From the IMG/VR virus record IMGVR_UViG_3300020438_000019, positions 1 through 64,000 of that record: 64,000 nt of DNA. One strand, 5' to 3'. A model generated the notes under the pieces. It made no database searches. It worked only from the letters and a program-made list of their open reading frames with translations, and had not been told where the DNA came from. Origin of the DNA: a virus (lineage: Duplodnaviria > Caudoviricetes). Below are positions 28,387 to 39,104 of this stretch, piece by piece (within the stretch, counting starts at the first letter, position 1; the number at the start of each line of letters is the position of its first letter). Made by a program: the position numbers and the translations under genes.

Positions 28387-31300
28387 ATGAACGAATACAC
28401 CTACGATTCAAATACGATTTCTCTATATTCTACCGAAAGTTACGGCGATGTTACTGTCCTTAACGTAACGGATGATTATGGATCGATAGGTGATGCTCCG
28501 ACAAATTTAGAAGCAGAAAGTAATTTAAGTCAAGATAGTTTTGGAGAAGTCTCCATATCAGCAGATCATTACCCATTTGGAACAGCAACTATATCTGGTG
28601 GATCACCAAGGGTAAGCTTCAGTCATGGTAATTTCGTTGCTGATGGAACTGCTCACCTCGCCTCTACCGCCTTAGAAGGCATCAGAAAGTTCTGGGTTGG
28701 TACTGGATCCCTATTTGAGATGGGTGGTGGTATGGAACGCAGCAGTGCGTTCTGGGTAGGTTCTGGTGGGATTACTGTATCTGGTACTTGTGAAGTAACA
28801 ACAACATTAGATTGGAACGAATTCTTATTCGTACCATTCACTACAGAAGACTTGGGAGCTGTTGATGCAGTCCCAAGTCTTTTGGACTTTGGGGGTATAC
28901 TAGATCCTAAAGATGGAGGAGAAGAATCTTGGGGATTTGTATACAATACGGATGATGTAAGAGGTGCAACATCATACCATAAGTTTAGTAATGCACCTTG
29001 GGCAGAATTTAATACTTATAGCTTTACTACAGACAGAACAGGTTCAGGTGGTCTATTTGCTGCAAGTGGTCTCTCGGAGACTAAGACCTCTACAGAACTT
29101 GGAGATAAGACAACACTATTCAGTATAACTGGTGGAGAGATATACTCACAGACAAGTCGTGAGGTAATGTCTGGTAATGCTTCATTCGGAAGTGCTGGTG
29201 TTGAGAAGTTTGTACATGAGTTTAATGATGAGTCTGGATTTACACTAGACACAGCAGATTATGGATTAGTTTGGTATGGATTTAGTGAGACTGATGATGA
29301 TGGTAGTATTGCAGAACCTAAGTCAGGTGGTGAATATGATCATGGTGGAATTATATGGAATAACGTAGAGGCAAATACTGGTACATATGAATTGTATGGT
29401 CTCTATGATATCCAAGGAGATGGTACTTACGCTAGGTATTGGGATGGTGAAGGATCTATCCACATCACTGGACAAGACTTTACAACTAATTCACCACATT
29501 GGACTGCATCTGGATCTTTATTCAGTGCTGGTGGTGCTGCTGAGTGTAGAACTGATACTATAGTTGGAAGTGATACAACTCTATTCACTTGGTCTGGTGC
29601 ATACAGTGATCTTAAGTTCCAATATCATTGGACTGGATCTGGTTCTCTACCTGTAACTGGTGGTGTAGCAATACTAAGAACTTATGGATATGATGATACT
29701 GCTACGATTGGATACAGTACTCAGAACTGGGGATCAATAACAGATAGTCCAGTTGATTCAGAGAATTGGGGTCTTGTTACTGAAGGATGGTTATCAGAGA
29801 ACTGGTGGTATGTCTGGCATGAGGGTGTTGCAACCTCAATGGGTGGATTTAAGGTTCGTACAGATCCTAAAGTTATTCATGATTCGACTCCAGAGAATTA
29901 CTTTGATCCAACTAACCCAGGTCTTTCTGCTACCGAAGGTCACAACTTTGATACATATTCATTCACTTGGGGTCATGGGTTCGTACAAGGTGGTAATCTC
30001 TTCGGTATGGGAGGAGCTTCCGAGGCAGTTGGATATCAACCAGTTGAAGATATTGCACTGTTTACTTGGTCTGGTGCATATACTAACCTTCAAGCAACAT
30101 TCAGAGAAATTGGATCTGGTTCTATATCGAGAATTGGTGGTGGAGCTGAGAGAGTCACCTTCGATTATAATGAATCATCTATTGTTCCATACTCATCAGA
30201 TGATAATGGTCTGATAATAGATGCAGCAGTAGTAGTTGATCAAGGTAATGTTGCTGATATACAAGAAGGTGAAGATGATTATGGTTCTGTTCTTTATAGT
30301 TCTGTTGCATATCCTCTAGTTGGATCATATAGCATCACCAATCTACAGTTCTTTGGTGAGACTTATTCCTTCCAGAGAAGATACATTGCAGATCCTGTAT
30401 CCATATTCACTGCTCTTGGTGCTGTAGAGAGTAAGAGTACTACTGAGCTTGGTGAAGATACTTCATTAGGAGATCTTAGTGGTTCTGCTTCCCATTATGT
30501 AATATTCAGGGAGACTGGTTCTGGTGCTATGTCCAGAATTGGTGGTGGAGTTGAGAGAGTTGTATTTGATTATAATGATAGTACAGTTGTACCATACAGT
30601 AGTGAAGATAGTGGTCTTGTAATAGATGCTGCTACTACTGATGTTGATCTTGGTGATGTTACAGAAGTTCAGTATGGTGGTGAAGAGAATTATGGTTTAG
30701 TTACTTACACTTCTACTGCTAATTCTGCACAGGGAACATTCACCGTCAGTCTCACAAGAGAATTGTGGACTCAGGAAGATATTGATAAGCTTAATCCAGA
30801 ATATACTACTAAACCATATGGTACATTCCCACAGGTAGGAGATGAGAAGACACAAGAAGAAGCAGGTCATCTTCGATTCATTCCTGTCTGGGGTCAAACT
30901 GGTTCTGGATCTCTATTCTCAGTTGGTGGTGCTTCTGAATCTGTAACGGTAGAACCAAATACAACTGGTATATTCCAGATGGTTGGTGGGGATTACTATA
31001 TCGGTAGTATGGTTGCAACCTTTGCCTTCCGTGAGGTTGGTTCTGGTTCTATGTCCAGAGTCGGTGGAGCTGCTGAGTCAGTAACATTCGATTATAACGA
31101 GTCTTCTATTGTTACCTTTACTACTGAGGATGTAGGATTAGTAACAGATGCTACAAATTATCAAACTGATCATTTTGATGATGGTAGTGTAGCACTTCCA
31201 CAAGAAGCAGAGAATGATTATGGTTCAGTAATCTATGGTGAGACAGTATATCCTCTCACAGGATCTATTGATATATTCACTGCACCTGAATGGATTGGTA

Positions 31301-34300
31301 ACACATATAGATTTGTATGGAGAGCACCAGCTGGTAGTGGTGGAATACCAACTGTAGGTGGTGCTGCGGAATGTGTATCTACAACAGAACTTGGAGATTC
31401 TACAACACTATTCGATATCTACACTTCACCTGCAGGTATCGGTAACACCTATAGCTTCTGCTGGAATTACACTGGTTATGCATCAGTACCAACTATCGGT
31501 GGTGCAGCTGAGTCTATAACATATGATTACAATGAGAATTCTATTGTTGTATTCACTACTGATGATAGTGGTCTTATAACAGATTCTGCTACTGTCTTTG
31601 ACGATAGTACAGTTATAACTGCACCTCAGTCTGGTGGTGAATATGATTATGGTTGGGTATTCTGGACTAGCACAGTTCTTCCAGTTTCAGGAACACTCCA
31701 ATCTTCTGGTACTTCACCAAGTGCTACTGTATTCAGAGATCCTACACAGGGTGGATCACTATTCAGTGCTAGTGGAGCTAGTGAATGTGTTAGCACGACA
31801 GAACTTGGTGATGCTACAACACTATTTGATATCTACACTGCTCCAGCATACATTGGTAACACATATAGCTTCGTGTGGAATGCACCTCCAGGTACAGGTG
31901 GATTATTCAGTCTTAATGGAGTTGCAGAATCTATATCATGGGCATATAACGAATCATCAATTATTCCATATGCAACAGTAGATAATGGATTGGTAGTTGA
32001 TTCTGTAACTGTAGTTGATGACTATGGTTCAGTAATAGAATCTCAATATGGTGGAGAATATGATCAGGGACAGATTATATTCACATCTACTGCTACTCCA
32101 TTCGGATCACTCAACTTAAGTCTAACAAGAGAACTGTGGACTCAGGCAGAGATTGATGAGTTACCTCCTACTTACGAGACAAAACCTTACGGTACATTCC
32201 CAGTTGCAGGTCAAGAGAAGACTCAAGAAGAATCTGGTGATGTTAAGTACAAACCTATCTGGGGTCAGATTGGTGAAGGTTCTCTATATTCTGTAGGTGG
32301 TGCTGCTGAATGTATTGCTTATCAACCAACTGAGGATACAGCACTATTTGATATCTTCACTGCACCTCAATACATTGGTAACACTTACAGATATGCATGG
32401 AGTTATGTTGGTTACTATAACTTACCTACTATTGGTGGTGCTGCTGAGTCAGTAACATTCGATTACAATGAATCTTCTATCAACGTATTCTCTGTTGATG
32501 ATGAAGGTAACATTGTTGATAACGCAACAGTATTTGGTGAGTATGGCGACCTTAACATCCAACAAGGTGAAGATGATTACGGAACAGTAATTTGGACTTC
32601 TACAACATATCCTCTAACAGGAACACTCCAGACATCAGGTATTGGTTCAGAGTATGTTGTATTCAGAGATCCTACCACTGGTGGTTCTCTATTCAGTGCT
32701 GGTGGATCTGTCGAGAGTAAGACCTCTACTGAGTTTGGTGAAGATACATCACTTGGAGATCTTAGTGGTACTGGTATTCTATCCAAAACTAAGGATTGGG
32801 TTGGATCTGGATCACTATTTACTGCTCTTGGTGCTGCTGAGTCTGCAACATTCGATTACAACGAATCTTCCATCGTTACACACACAAGTGATGACTATGG
32901 ATTAATAGTAGATGCTTCTACTACCAATGTTGATCAAGGTAATGTTGCTGATATACAAGAGGGTGAAGATGATTACGGTTCAGTAATTTACACTGAAACT
33001 GTCTATCCTACAACTGGATTAGTAACTCTTACTACTGCACCTCAGTTTATTAATAATACTTACAGCTTCTGTTGGAACTTTGTATCAGATGCTGGATCTC
33101 TATTCAGTGCTGGTGGTGCTGCTGAGTCTGCAACGGTTGATTGGGAATCAACAGGTCTCTTTGATGTCTTTACTGCATCTCAGTTTATTGGTAACACATA
33201 TAGCTTCGTATGGAATGCACCTCCAGGTACAGGTGGACTATTCTCTATTGGTGGTGCTGCTGAGTCTATTACATGGAACTATGCTCCTGGTCCAGTACTT
33301 CCATTCAGTACTACTGATTGGGGTGCAGTAGCTGATGCAACACATCCAACTAATGATGTAATCAATTACGGTGATCTTGGATTGTTCGATGAGGACACAG
33401 AAGATTACGGATTCGTAATTTACACATCTGAGACTGTTTCCAACTCTGGAACATATACCTTAAGTTTAACAAGAGCACTGTGGACTCAAGAAGAAATTGA
33501 TGCACTTAACCCAGAGTATCTAACTGAGCCATATGGTACATTCCCACAGGTAGGGGATGAGAAGACTCAAGAAGAATCTGGTGATATTAAATACGAACCA
33601 TCTTACGCACATATTGGTGGCGGTACATTATTCACTGCTGGTGGTGCTGCTGAGGCTGCTGTCTATCAACCTACTGAGGATACTGTACTATTCACTGCAT
33701 TCACAGCACCTCAATTTATTGGTAACACCTATAGGTTTATTTGGAATGCACCTCCAGGCACAGGTGGATTGTTCAGTGTTGGTGGATGTGTAGAATCTAG
33801 ATCTTATGTTTATAACGAATCTGGTGTTGTTACGTATGGTACTGTTGATTATGGATCAGTAACAGATCTAACACATCCAACCAATGATGCAATCAATTAT
33901 GGTGAGGTTGCACTACCTCAATCTGATGGTGAAGTAGACTACGGTTCCGTTCTCTACACCTCTACCACATATCCAACAACAGGTACTTACGTTGTTGATG
34001 GTGCTGTTACCCAGTCATTCAGTAAGGGTCTATACACTGGTGGTGGTTCTCTATTCGCTACAAGTGGTGCTGGTGAATGTGTATCTACTACTGAGTTTGG
34101 TGAGGATACATCACTTGGAGATCTTGGTGGTTCTGGTTCACAGTCACGTACTGTTGTTGAAATTGGATCTGGATCAATATTCAGAGCTGGTGGTGCTGCT
34201 GAGTGTAGGACATATGATTATGATCAGAGTGCTATCGTTGTATTCACATCAACTGATCATGGTCTAGTAGTAGACAGTGTAGTTACATCAGATGATCAGG

Positions 34301-37300
34301 GTAGTGTTGATACTATTCAGTCTGGTGGTGAATATGATTATGGAACTGTACTTTACAGTGCTAATGCAATACCAGTAACAGGTACTTACGTTGTTGATGG
34401 TGCTGTATCTACTGCGTTTGTCTTTGGTAACTTTACTGGTTCTGGATCACTATTCACTGCTGGTGGTTCTGCTGAATCTTCAACATACTCACCTGAGAAT
34501 GATACCTGTCTATATGATATCTTTACTGCTCCGCAGTTTATTGGTAACACATACAGCTTCGTATGGAATGCACCTCCAGGCACAGGTGGATTGTTTAGTG
34601 TTGGTGGATGTGTTGAAGTTAGAACATACGCTTACAATGAATCTGCTAGTCAGGCATTTAGCACTGAGGATAACGGTCTCATATCTGATGCTGTTACAAC
34701 AACTGATGATCATGGTGACTTTGGATATGTTGGTGACGACACCGAGGATCATGGTCAGGTATGGTTGGGTGCTACCAATGGTGCTGCTGCAAATGGATTC
34801 CTTACCTTCGGTGGTGAAGTATTCGAGATCTACAAACCAGCATATGCACATACTGGTGAAGGTTCATTATTTACTACTCTTGGTGCTGCAGAATCCTTTA
34901 CCACGACAGAGTTTGGAGAGGACACATCACTTGGTGATCTAAGTGGTACTCATTCTATAGTAAGAACATTCAGTGAGGTTGGAACTGGTTCTATCTTTAC
35001 TGTTGTTGGTGGTGCTGAGTCTAGAACCTACAACTATGATATCAACCTCACCGCCATAACATTCCAGGATGATAATGGTTCAATAACAGATAGTGCTACT
35101 ACGATTGATGATCAAGGTACGGTTCATCCACCTCAAGACGGTGGCGAATACGATTATGGATCTATTTGGATTGGTCTTGGAAGTGAACTATGGAGATCTA
35201 GTGATACTGTATCTGCTTCTGGATTTGTTCATCTTGGTCTAATAAGTGATACCGTTGGTATTGCTAGAACATTTGGACACACTGCTTCTGGATCACTATT
35301 TGCTACTGGTGGTGCAGCAGAGGTTGTTGTATACGATTACGAAGATACAACTCTATATGATATCTTCACTGCACCTCAATACATTGGTAACACCTACAGC
35401 TTTAGTTGGCAGTACAGTGGATCTGGTAACATCAATTCACTTAATGGATGTGCAGAATCTAGAACATGGAATTATAGCGATACCTTACCATCTGCACTCG
35501 TTGTTGATGATGAAGGTAATGTCGTTGATGCTACAACAGTATTTGCTGATTACGGTGACCTTGGTGTTAGATGGGGTGGTGAAGAAGACTACGGTTCCAA
35601 CAACACACTTGCACATCCTGGTCTCGCTGCATCTGGTACTTACACAATTAGTGGTGTTGCAAATACTCCATTCGTCTGGAGAGAAGGATGTGAAGGTGGT
35701 ACGTATCTAGTTTCTGGTGAAGGAATAGAGAGACCTACAACAGCTCTAACTGGTGAAGGTACTGCATACATTTACACTGCACCTCAGTTTGTTGGTAACA
35801 CATATGCATTCACTTGGGGTCATGGATTTGTACAGTCTGGATCTCTATTCAGTGCTGGTGGTGCAGCTGAGTCTACTACAACCAACCCACCAGAGGATAC
35901 ATTACTCTACACATTTGCTGGTACTAGAGTATCAGAACTTCGTACATATGCTGAGTCTGGATCTGGTTCCATCACTCTATCTGGTTCAGGTTCCGAACTT
36001 TACACTGGTGCATTTGAAGGATCTGGTACTGTTACTCTATCTGGTACAGGTGCAGAGAGCAAGTCGTTTGCTAACTTTGACGGATCTGGTTCACTATTCA
36101 CTGCTGGTGGAGCAGTTGAAATGGTTGCTGTTCTTGAAGGTGGAATCGGTCTTTGGACTTACAGTGGTTCTGGTATCGAGAAGCATACAGAGAGATGGAT
36201 CGGTTCTGGATCTGCAACTGTATCTGGTGCTGGTCTTGAGGTATATTCCAGAGGTACGGTTACTGGATCTGGTACGGTTACATTATCTGGTACTAAGGCA
36301 GAAAGCTTTACTCCAGCACCTGAGATTGGAACTGGTTCTATCTTTACTATTGGTGGTGCTTCTGAGTCTGCGACTGTTGATTGGGAATCTACAGGTCTCT
36401 TCAATGTTATTGGTTCCACTCATTATAACTTCTCACTCAGACATATTGGTTCTGGTTCACTATTCACTTCCAGTGGTGCTGCTGAATCCACAACTACCAA
36501 TCCTCCAGAAAATACTGCACTATTCGCAGTTGGTGGTACTAAGGCAGAAAGCTTTACTCCTGCAACTCATGTTGGATCTGGATCTATCACTCTATCTGGT
36601 GCTGGTTCTGAGAATTACACTGGTGCATGTACTGGTTCTGGTACTGCAACTATCACTGGTGAAGCAGATCTCATCTACCGTGTTAGATACTTTGGTTCTG
36701 GTTCACTATTCACTGCTGGTGGTGCTGCTGAATCTGTTACAACCAATCCACCTGATAGTACTTCACTCCATCAAATTAGTGGTACTAGAGTTGAGAAAGC
36801 AGTATTCAGAGAAATCGGATCTGGATCTATCAGTTTCTCTGGTACTTCTCCACTTACCCGTTACATTCCACATATCACTGGTAGTGGTACTTACACAGTT
36901 GGTGGTGCATGTACATTCAAGGTTCGTTACATCCTTGGTGGTTCTGGTAACATCTCCACATTTGGTGGTTCTGCCGAGGCAGTTGGTACTAATCCTCCAG
37001 AGGATATTGCACTATTCGTTTGGTCTGGTATTGGCGAGAGTCAATGGTCACCTTCTTGGGTTGGTCAAGGTTCTTACTTCACATCTGGAGAAATCCCAGA
37101 ACCACTTATCACGAAACACTGGACTGCATCTGGTTCACTGTTCTCAGTTGGTGGTGCTGCAGAAAGCTTCTCTGCAAATATCGATGGTATTGGTCTATAC
37201 GATATCAGTGGTGCATACTCAGATCTCAAGGCAACATACAGAGAAATTGGATCTGGATCTCTTTGGACAGCAAGTGGAGCATCAGAGTCTGTTGGAACCA

Positions 37301-38754
37301 ATCCTCCAGAAAGCACAGTACTATACACATATATTGGTGCTGGTATCGAGAAGCACACCGAGAGATGGATTGGTTCTGGATCTATCAGTCTTTCAGGTGC
37401 TGGAGTTGCATTCTATACACCACACATTACTGGTTCTGGATTTGCTACTCTATCTGGATCAGCACTCGAAAGTCAGACAGACGATTGGGTTGGATCTGGA
37501 TCACTATTTACTGCTGGTGGTTCTGCAGAATCTACAACTACAAATCCTCCAGAGGATACAGTTCTCTATACTTGGACAGGTGCTGGTACAGAGAAGCATA
37601 CAGAGAACTGGGTTGGTTCTGGATCTACAACATTCTCTGGTGCAGTCTCCGATGTTCAAAGAACATTTGCAGAGACAGGATCTGGATCTCTATTTACAGC
37701 TCTCGGTGCAGCAGAATCTATCTCCACAAGCGAGGTCAGCACTGGAATCTTCACAATCAATGGAGACGGTGCAGATTCAAGAGCAAGGATATTTGTTGGA
37801 TCTGGTTCTATTACCATTTCTGGTACAGCAGCAGAAGCAACAGTTGTTCCTCTTTCTGGATCTGGTACTGCTACCTTCAGTGGAGAAGCATTTATCAGAT
37901 GGATCCCAAGTTGGATTGGTTCTGGTACAGCAACAATATATGGTCAAGTCACCGATGTTCAGATTACAAAACATTGGACTGGATCTGGATCCCTATTCAC
38001 AGCAGGTGGTTCCGCAGAATCGATTACCACGAATCCTCCAGAGGATACGTTACTCTACACAGTTGCAGGTAATCTTGCTGAGAGCTTTACTCGTGCTCCA
38101 TACATCGGATCTGGTACTGCTACCTTCAGTGGTGAATCTAAAAACATATTCACACCTAACAATATTGGTTCTGGTTCAATATATGTTGCTGGTACTCTGG
38201 ATGAAAGACAGACAGATCATTATCATGGATCTGGTACTGCTACAGTTAGTGGTGATTCTGATGACGCACGTGCAAGAGCATTTGAAGGATCTGGATCTCT
38301 ATTCACTGCATCTGGAGCTGCTGAATCTACAACTGTTGATTACGAAGATACAACTCTATATGACATCTTCGGTCATGGTGCAGAAGCCTTTGTACGTAAG
38401 GGATATGTCGGATCTGGTTCCTTCAGTGGTATTGGTGGAACAGTTACCGATGTTAAGCTTACACATGCTGATCCAGCAGGTGATGTTGACTACGTTGTAT
38501 CTGGTGAAGTTACAGATATCAAACGTACCTTCGGATACGTTGCACCTTACGGAACACTATTTGCCTTCGGTGGAGGAGTTGAATCTGCCACTGTTGACTA
38601 TGAAAATATTCTTCTTACAACAATTGGTGGTAGTGCAGATGATAAATTCGTCAGATCTGCATACATTGGAGAGGGAACAATTACTCTCAGTGGAGAGTCC
38701 CTCAATGAGCTCAGAACATTCGAGCCACCATTCATGTTTGCAACGATAATATAA
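28387..38754 (+). CDS. giant acidic Gly/Ser/Thr-rich repeat protein (3455 aa), probable fibre component
   Basis: uninterrupted ORF of ~20-aa GSGS-h-x-h-SG...E repeats with DYG-containing acidic inserts. Confidence 0.9.
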   Translation: MNEYTYDSNTISLYSTESYGDVTVLNVTDDYGSIGDAPTNLEAESNLSQDSFGEVSISADHYPFGTATISGGSPRVSFSHGNFVADGTAHLASTALEGIRKFWVGTGSLFEMGGGMERSSAFWVGSGGITVSGTCEVTTTLDWNEFLFVPFTTEDLGAVDAVPSLLDFGGILDPKDGGEESWGFVYNTDDVRGATSYHKFSNAPWAEFNTYSFTTDRTGSGGLFAASGLSETKTSTELGDKTTLFSITGGEIYSQTSREVMSGNASFGSAGVEKFVHEFNDESGFTLDTADYGLVWYGFSETDDDGSIAEPKSGGEYDHGGIIWNNVEANTGTYELYGLYDIQGDGTYARYWDGEGSIHITGQDFTTNSPHWTASGSLFSAGGAAECRTDTIVGSDTTLFTWSGAYSDLKFQYHWTGSGSLPVTGGVAILRTYGYDDTATIGYSTQNWGSITDSPVDSENWGLVTEGWLSENWWYVWHEGVATSMGGFKVRTDPKVIHDSTPENYFDPTNPGLSATEGHNFDTYSFTWGHGFVQGGNLFGMGGASEAVGYQPVEDIALFTWSGAYTNLQATFREIGSGSISRIGGGAERVTFDYNESSIVPYSSDDNGLIIDAAVVVDQGNVADIQEGEDDYGSVLYSSVAYPLVGSYSITNLQFFGETYSFQRRYIADPVSIFTALGAVESKSTTELGEDTSLGDLSGSASHYVIFRETGSGAMSRIGGGVERVVFDYNDSTVVPYSSEDSGLVIDAATTDVDLGDVTEVQYGGEENYGLVTYTSTANSAQGTFTVSLTRELWTQEDIDKLNPEYTTKPYGTFPQVGDEKTQEEAGHLRFIPVWGQTGSGSLFSVGGASESVTVEPNTTGIFQMVGGDYYIGSMVATFAFREVGSGSMSRVGGAAESVTFDYNESSIVTFTTEDVGLVTDATNYQTDHFDDGSVALPQEAENDYGSVIYGETVYPLTGSIDIFTAPEWIGNTYRFVWRAPAGSGGIPTVGGAAECVSTTELGDSTTLFDIYTSPAGIGNTYSFCWNYTGYASVPTIGGAAESITYDYNENSIVVFTTDDSGLITDSATVFDDSTVITAPQSGGEYDYGWVFWTSTVLPVSGTLQSSGTSPSATVFRDPTQGGSLFSASGASECVSTTELGDATTLFDIYTAPAYIGNTYSFVWNAPPGTGGLFSLNGVAESISWAYNESSIIPYATVDNGLVVDSVTVVDDYGSVIESQYGGEYDQGQIIFTSTATPFGSLNLSLTRELWTQAEIDELPPTYETKPYGTFPVAGQEKTQEESGDVKYKPIWGQIGEGSLYSVGGAAECIAYQPTEDTALFDIFTAPQYIGNTYRYAWSYVGYYNLPTIGGAAESVTFDYNESSINVFSVDDEGNIVDNATVFGEYGDLNIQQGEDDYGTVIWTSTTYPLTGTLQTSGIGSEYVVFRDPTTGGSLFSAGGSVESKTSTEFGEDTSLGDLSGTGILSKTKDWVGSGSLFTALGAAESATFDYNESSIVTHTSDDYGLIVDASTTNVDQGNVADIQEGEDDYGSVIYTETVYPTTGLVTLTTAPQFINNTYSFCWNFVSDAGSLFSAGGAAESATVDWESTGLFDVFTASQFIGNTYSFVWNAPPGTGGLFSIGGAAESITWNYAPGPVLPFSTTDWGAVADATHPTNDVINYGDLGLFDEDTEDYGFVIYTSETVSNSGTYTLSLTRALWTQEEIDALNPEYLTEPYGTFPQVGDEKTQEESGDIKYEPSYAHIGGGTLFTAGGAAEAAVYQPTEDTVLFTAFTAPQFIGNTYRFIWNAPPGTGGLFSVGGCVESRSYVYNESGVVTYGTVDYGSVTDLTHPTNDAINYGEVALPQSDGEVDYGSVLYTSTTYPTTGTYVVDGAVTQSFSKGLYTGGGSLFATSGAGECVSTTEFGEDTSLGDLGGSGSQSRTVVEIGSGSIFRAGGAAECRTYDYDQSAIVVFTSTDHGLVVDSVVTSDDQGSVDTIQSGGEYDYGTVLYSANAIPVTGTYVVDGAVSTAFVFGNFTGSGSLFTAGGSAESSTYSPENDTCLYDIFTAPQFIGNTYSFVWNAPPGTGGLFSVGGCVEVRTYAYNESASQAFSTEDNGLISDAVTTTDDHGDFGYVGDDTEDHGQVWLGATNGAAANGFLTFGGEVFEIYKPAYAHTGEGSLFTTLGAAESFTTTEFGEDTSLGDLSGTHSIVRTFSEVGTGSIFTVVGGAESRTYNYDINLTAITFQDDNGSITDSATTIDDQGTVHPPQDGGEYDYGSIWIGLGSELWRSSDTVSASGFVHLGLISDTVGIARTFGHTASGSLFATGGAAEVVVYDYEDTTLYDIFTAPQYIGNTYSFSWQYSGSGNINSLNGCAESRTWNYSDTLPSALVVDDEGNVVDATTVFADYGDLGVRWGGEEDYGSNNTLAHPGLAASGTYTISGVANTPFVWREGCEGGTYLVSGEGIERPTTALTGEGTAYIYTAPQFVGNTYAFTWGHGFVQSGSLFSAGGAAESTTTNPPEDTLLYTFAGTRVSELRTYAESGSGSITLSGSGSELYTGAFEGSGTVTLSGTGAESKSFANFDGSGSLFTAGGAVEMVAVLEGGIGLWTYSGSGIEKHTERWIGSGSATVSGAGLEVYSRGTVTGSGTVTLSGTKAESFTPAPEIGTGSIFTIGGASESATVDWESTGLFNVIGSTHYNFSLRHIGSGSLFTSSGAAESTTTNPPENTALFAVGGTKAESFTPATHVGSGSITLSGAGSENYTGACTGSGTATITGEADLIYRVRYFGSGSLFTAGGAAESVTTNPPDSTSLHQISGTRVEKAVFREIGSGSISFSGTSPLTRYIPHITGSGTYTVGGACTFKVRYILGGSGNISTFGGSAEAVGTNPPEDIALFVWSGIGESQWSPSWVGQGSYFTSGEIPEPLITKHWTASGSLFSVGGAAESFSANIDGIGLYDISGAYSDLKATYREIGSGSLWTASGASESVGTNPPESTVLYTYIGAGIEKHTERWIGSGSISLSGAGVAFYTPHITGSGFATLSGSALESQTDDWVGSGSLFTAGGSAESTTTNPPEDTVLYTWTGAGTEKHTENWVGSGSTTFSGAVSDVQRTFAETGSGSLFTALGAAESISTSEVSTGIFTINGDGADSRARIFVGSGSITISGTAAEATVVPLSGSGTATFSGEAFIRWIPSWIGSGTATIYGQVTDVQITKHWTGSGSLFTAGGSAESITTNPPEDTLLYTVAGNLAESFTRAPYIGSGTATFSGESKNIFTPNNIGSGSIYVAGTLDERQTDHYHGSGTATVSGDSDDARARAFEGSGSLFTASGAAESTTVDYEDTTLYDIFGHGAEAFVRKGYVGSGSFSGIGGTVTDVKLTHADPAGDVDYVVSGEVTDIKRTFGYVAPYGTLFAFGGGVESATVDYENILLTTIGGSADDKFVRSAYIGEGTITLSGESLNELRTFEPPFMFATII
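29900..38700 (+). repeat. intragenic dispersed and tandem repeats
   Basis: e.g. TTGATCAAGGTAATGTTGCTGATATACAAGA at ~30236 and ~32930; TGGAATGCACCTCCAGGCACAGGTGGATTGTT at ~33742 and ~34564; SLTR(E/A)LWTQ module at 30748, 32119, 33463. Confidence 0.9.
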
Positions 38755-38770
38755 CTGAAGATTTTGATGG

Positions 38771-38778
38771 TATAAATA
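38771..38778 (+). promoter_or_regulatory. late promoter
   Basis: exact TATAAATA. Confidence 0.8.
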
Positions 38779-38805
38779 AAAGAAGCATAAATTCGAGGGA
38801 AAACT

Positions 38806-39015
38806 ATGACTAAGCAGGTACAGTTGAGACGGGGTACTACAGTACAACAGTCAACATTTACTGGAGCTCTTGGAGAATTGACCGTAGATACTACGAAAAT
38901 GACCCTTGTTCTCCATGACGGAGCAACTCAAGGAGGCATAGAATTTGCTCGAAGAGACGATGTTACTGCAGAAGTAACAACAAGTATGGGCATGATGGCC
39001 GCCCTTGGTTGGTAA
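38806..39015 (+). CDS. stand-alone major tropism determinant N-terminal-like (QLRRGT) domain protein
   Basis: VQLRRGT...FTGALGELTVDT...HDGATQGG. Confidence 0.85.
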   Translation: MTKQVQLRRGTTVQQSTFTGALGELTVDTTKMTLVLHDGATQGGIEFARRDDVTAEVTTSMGMMAALGW

Positions 39016-39104
39016 ACCAAAACCCATCAACATTAGATTTCATATAAAATGATCTGCACTGAATTGATAACCACTCATAAACAATAAAAGGGGACTAAAA
39101 GAAA

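Noticed and set aside
29753-35710. Series of 78-183-aa Leu/Val-rich +1-frame ORFs in the giant gene
   Set aside because: Frame shadows of Gly/Ser/Thr codons, broken by stops; only the exceptional 998-aa run is kept as a finding
28387-38754. Possible CRISPR array or non-coding repeat array
   Set aside because: Repeats are in frame, degenerate at third positions and lack a constant repeat-spacer period
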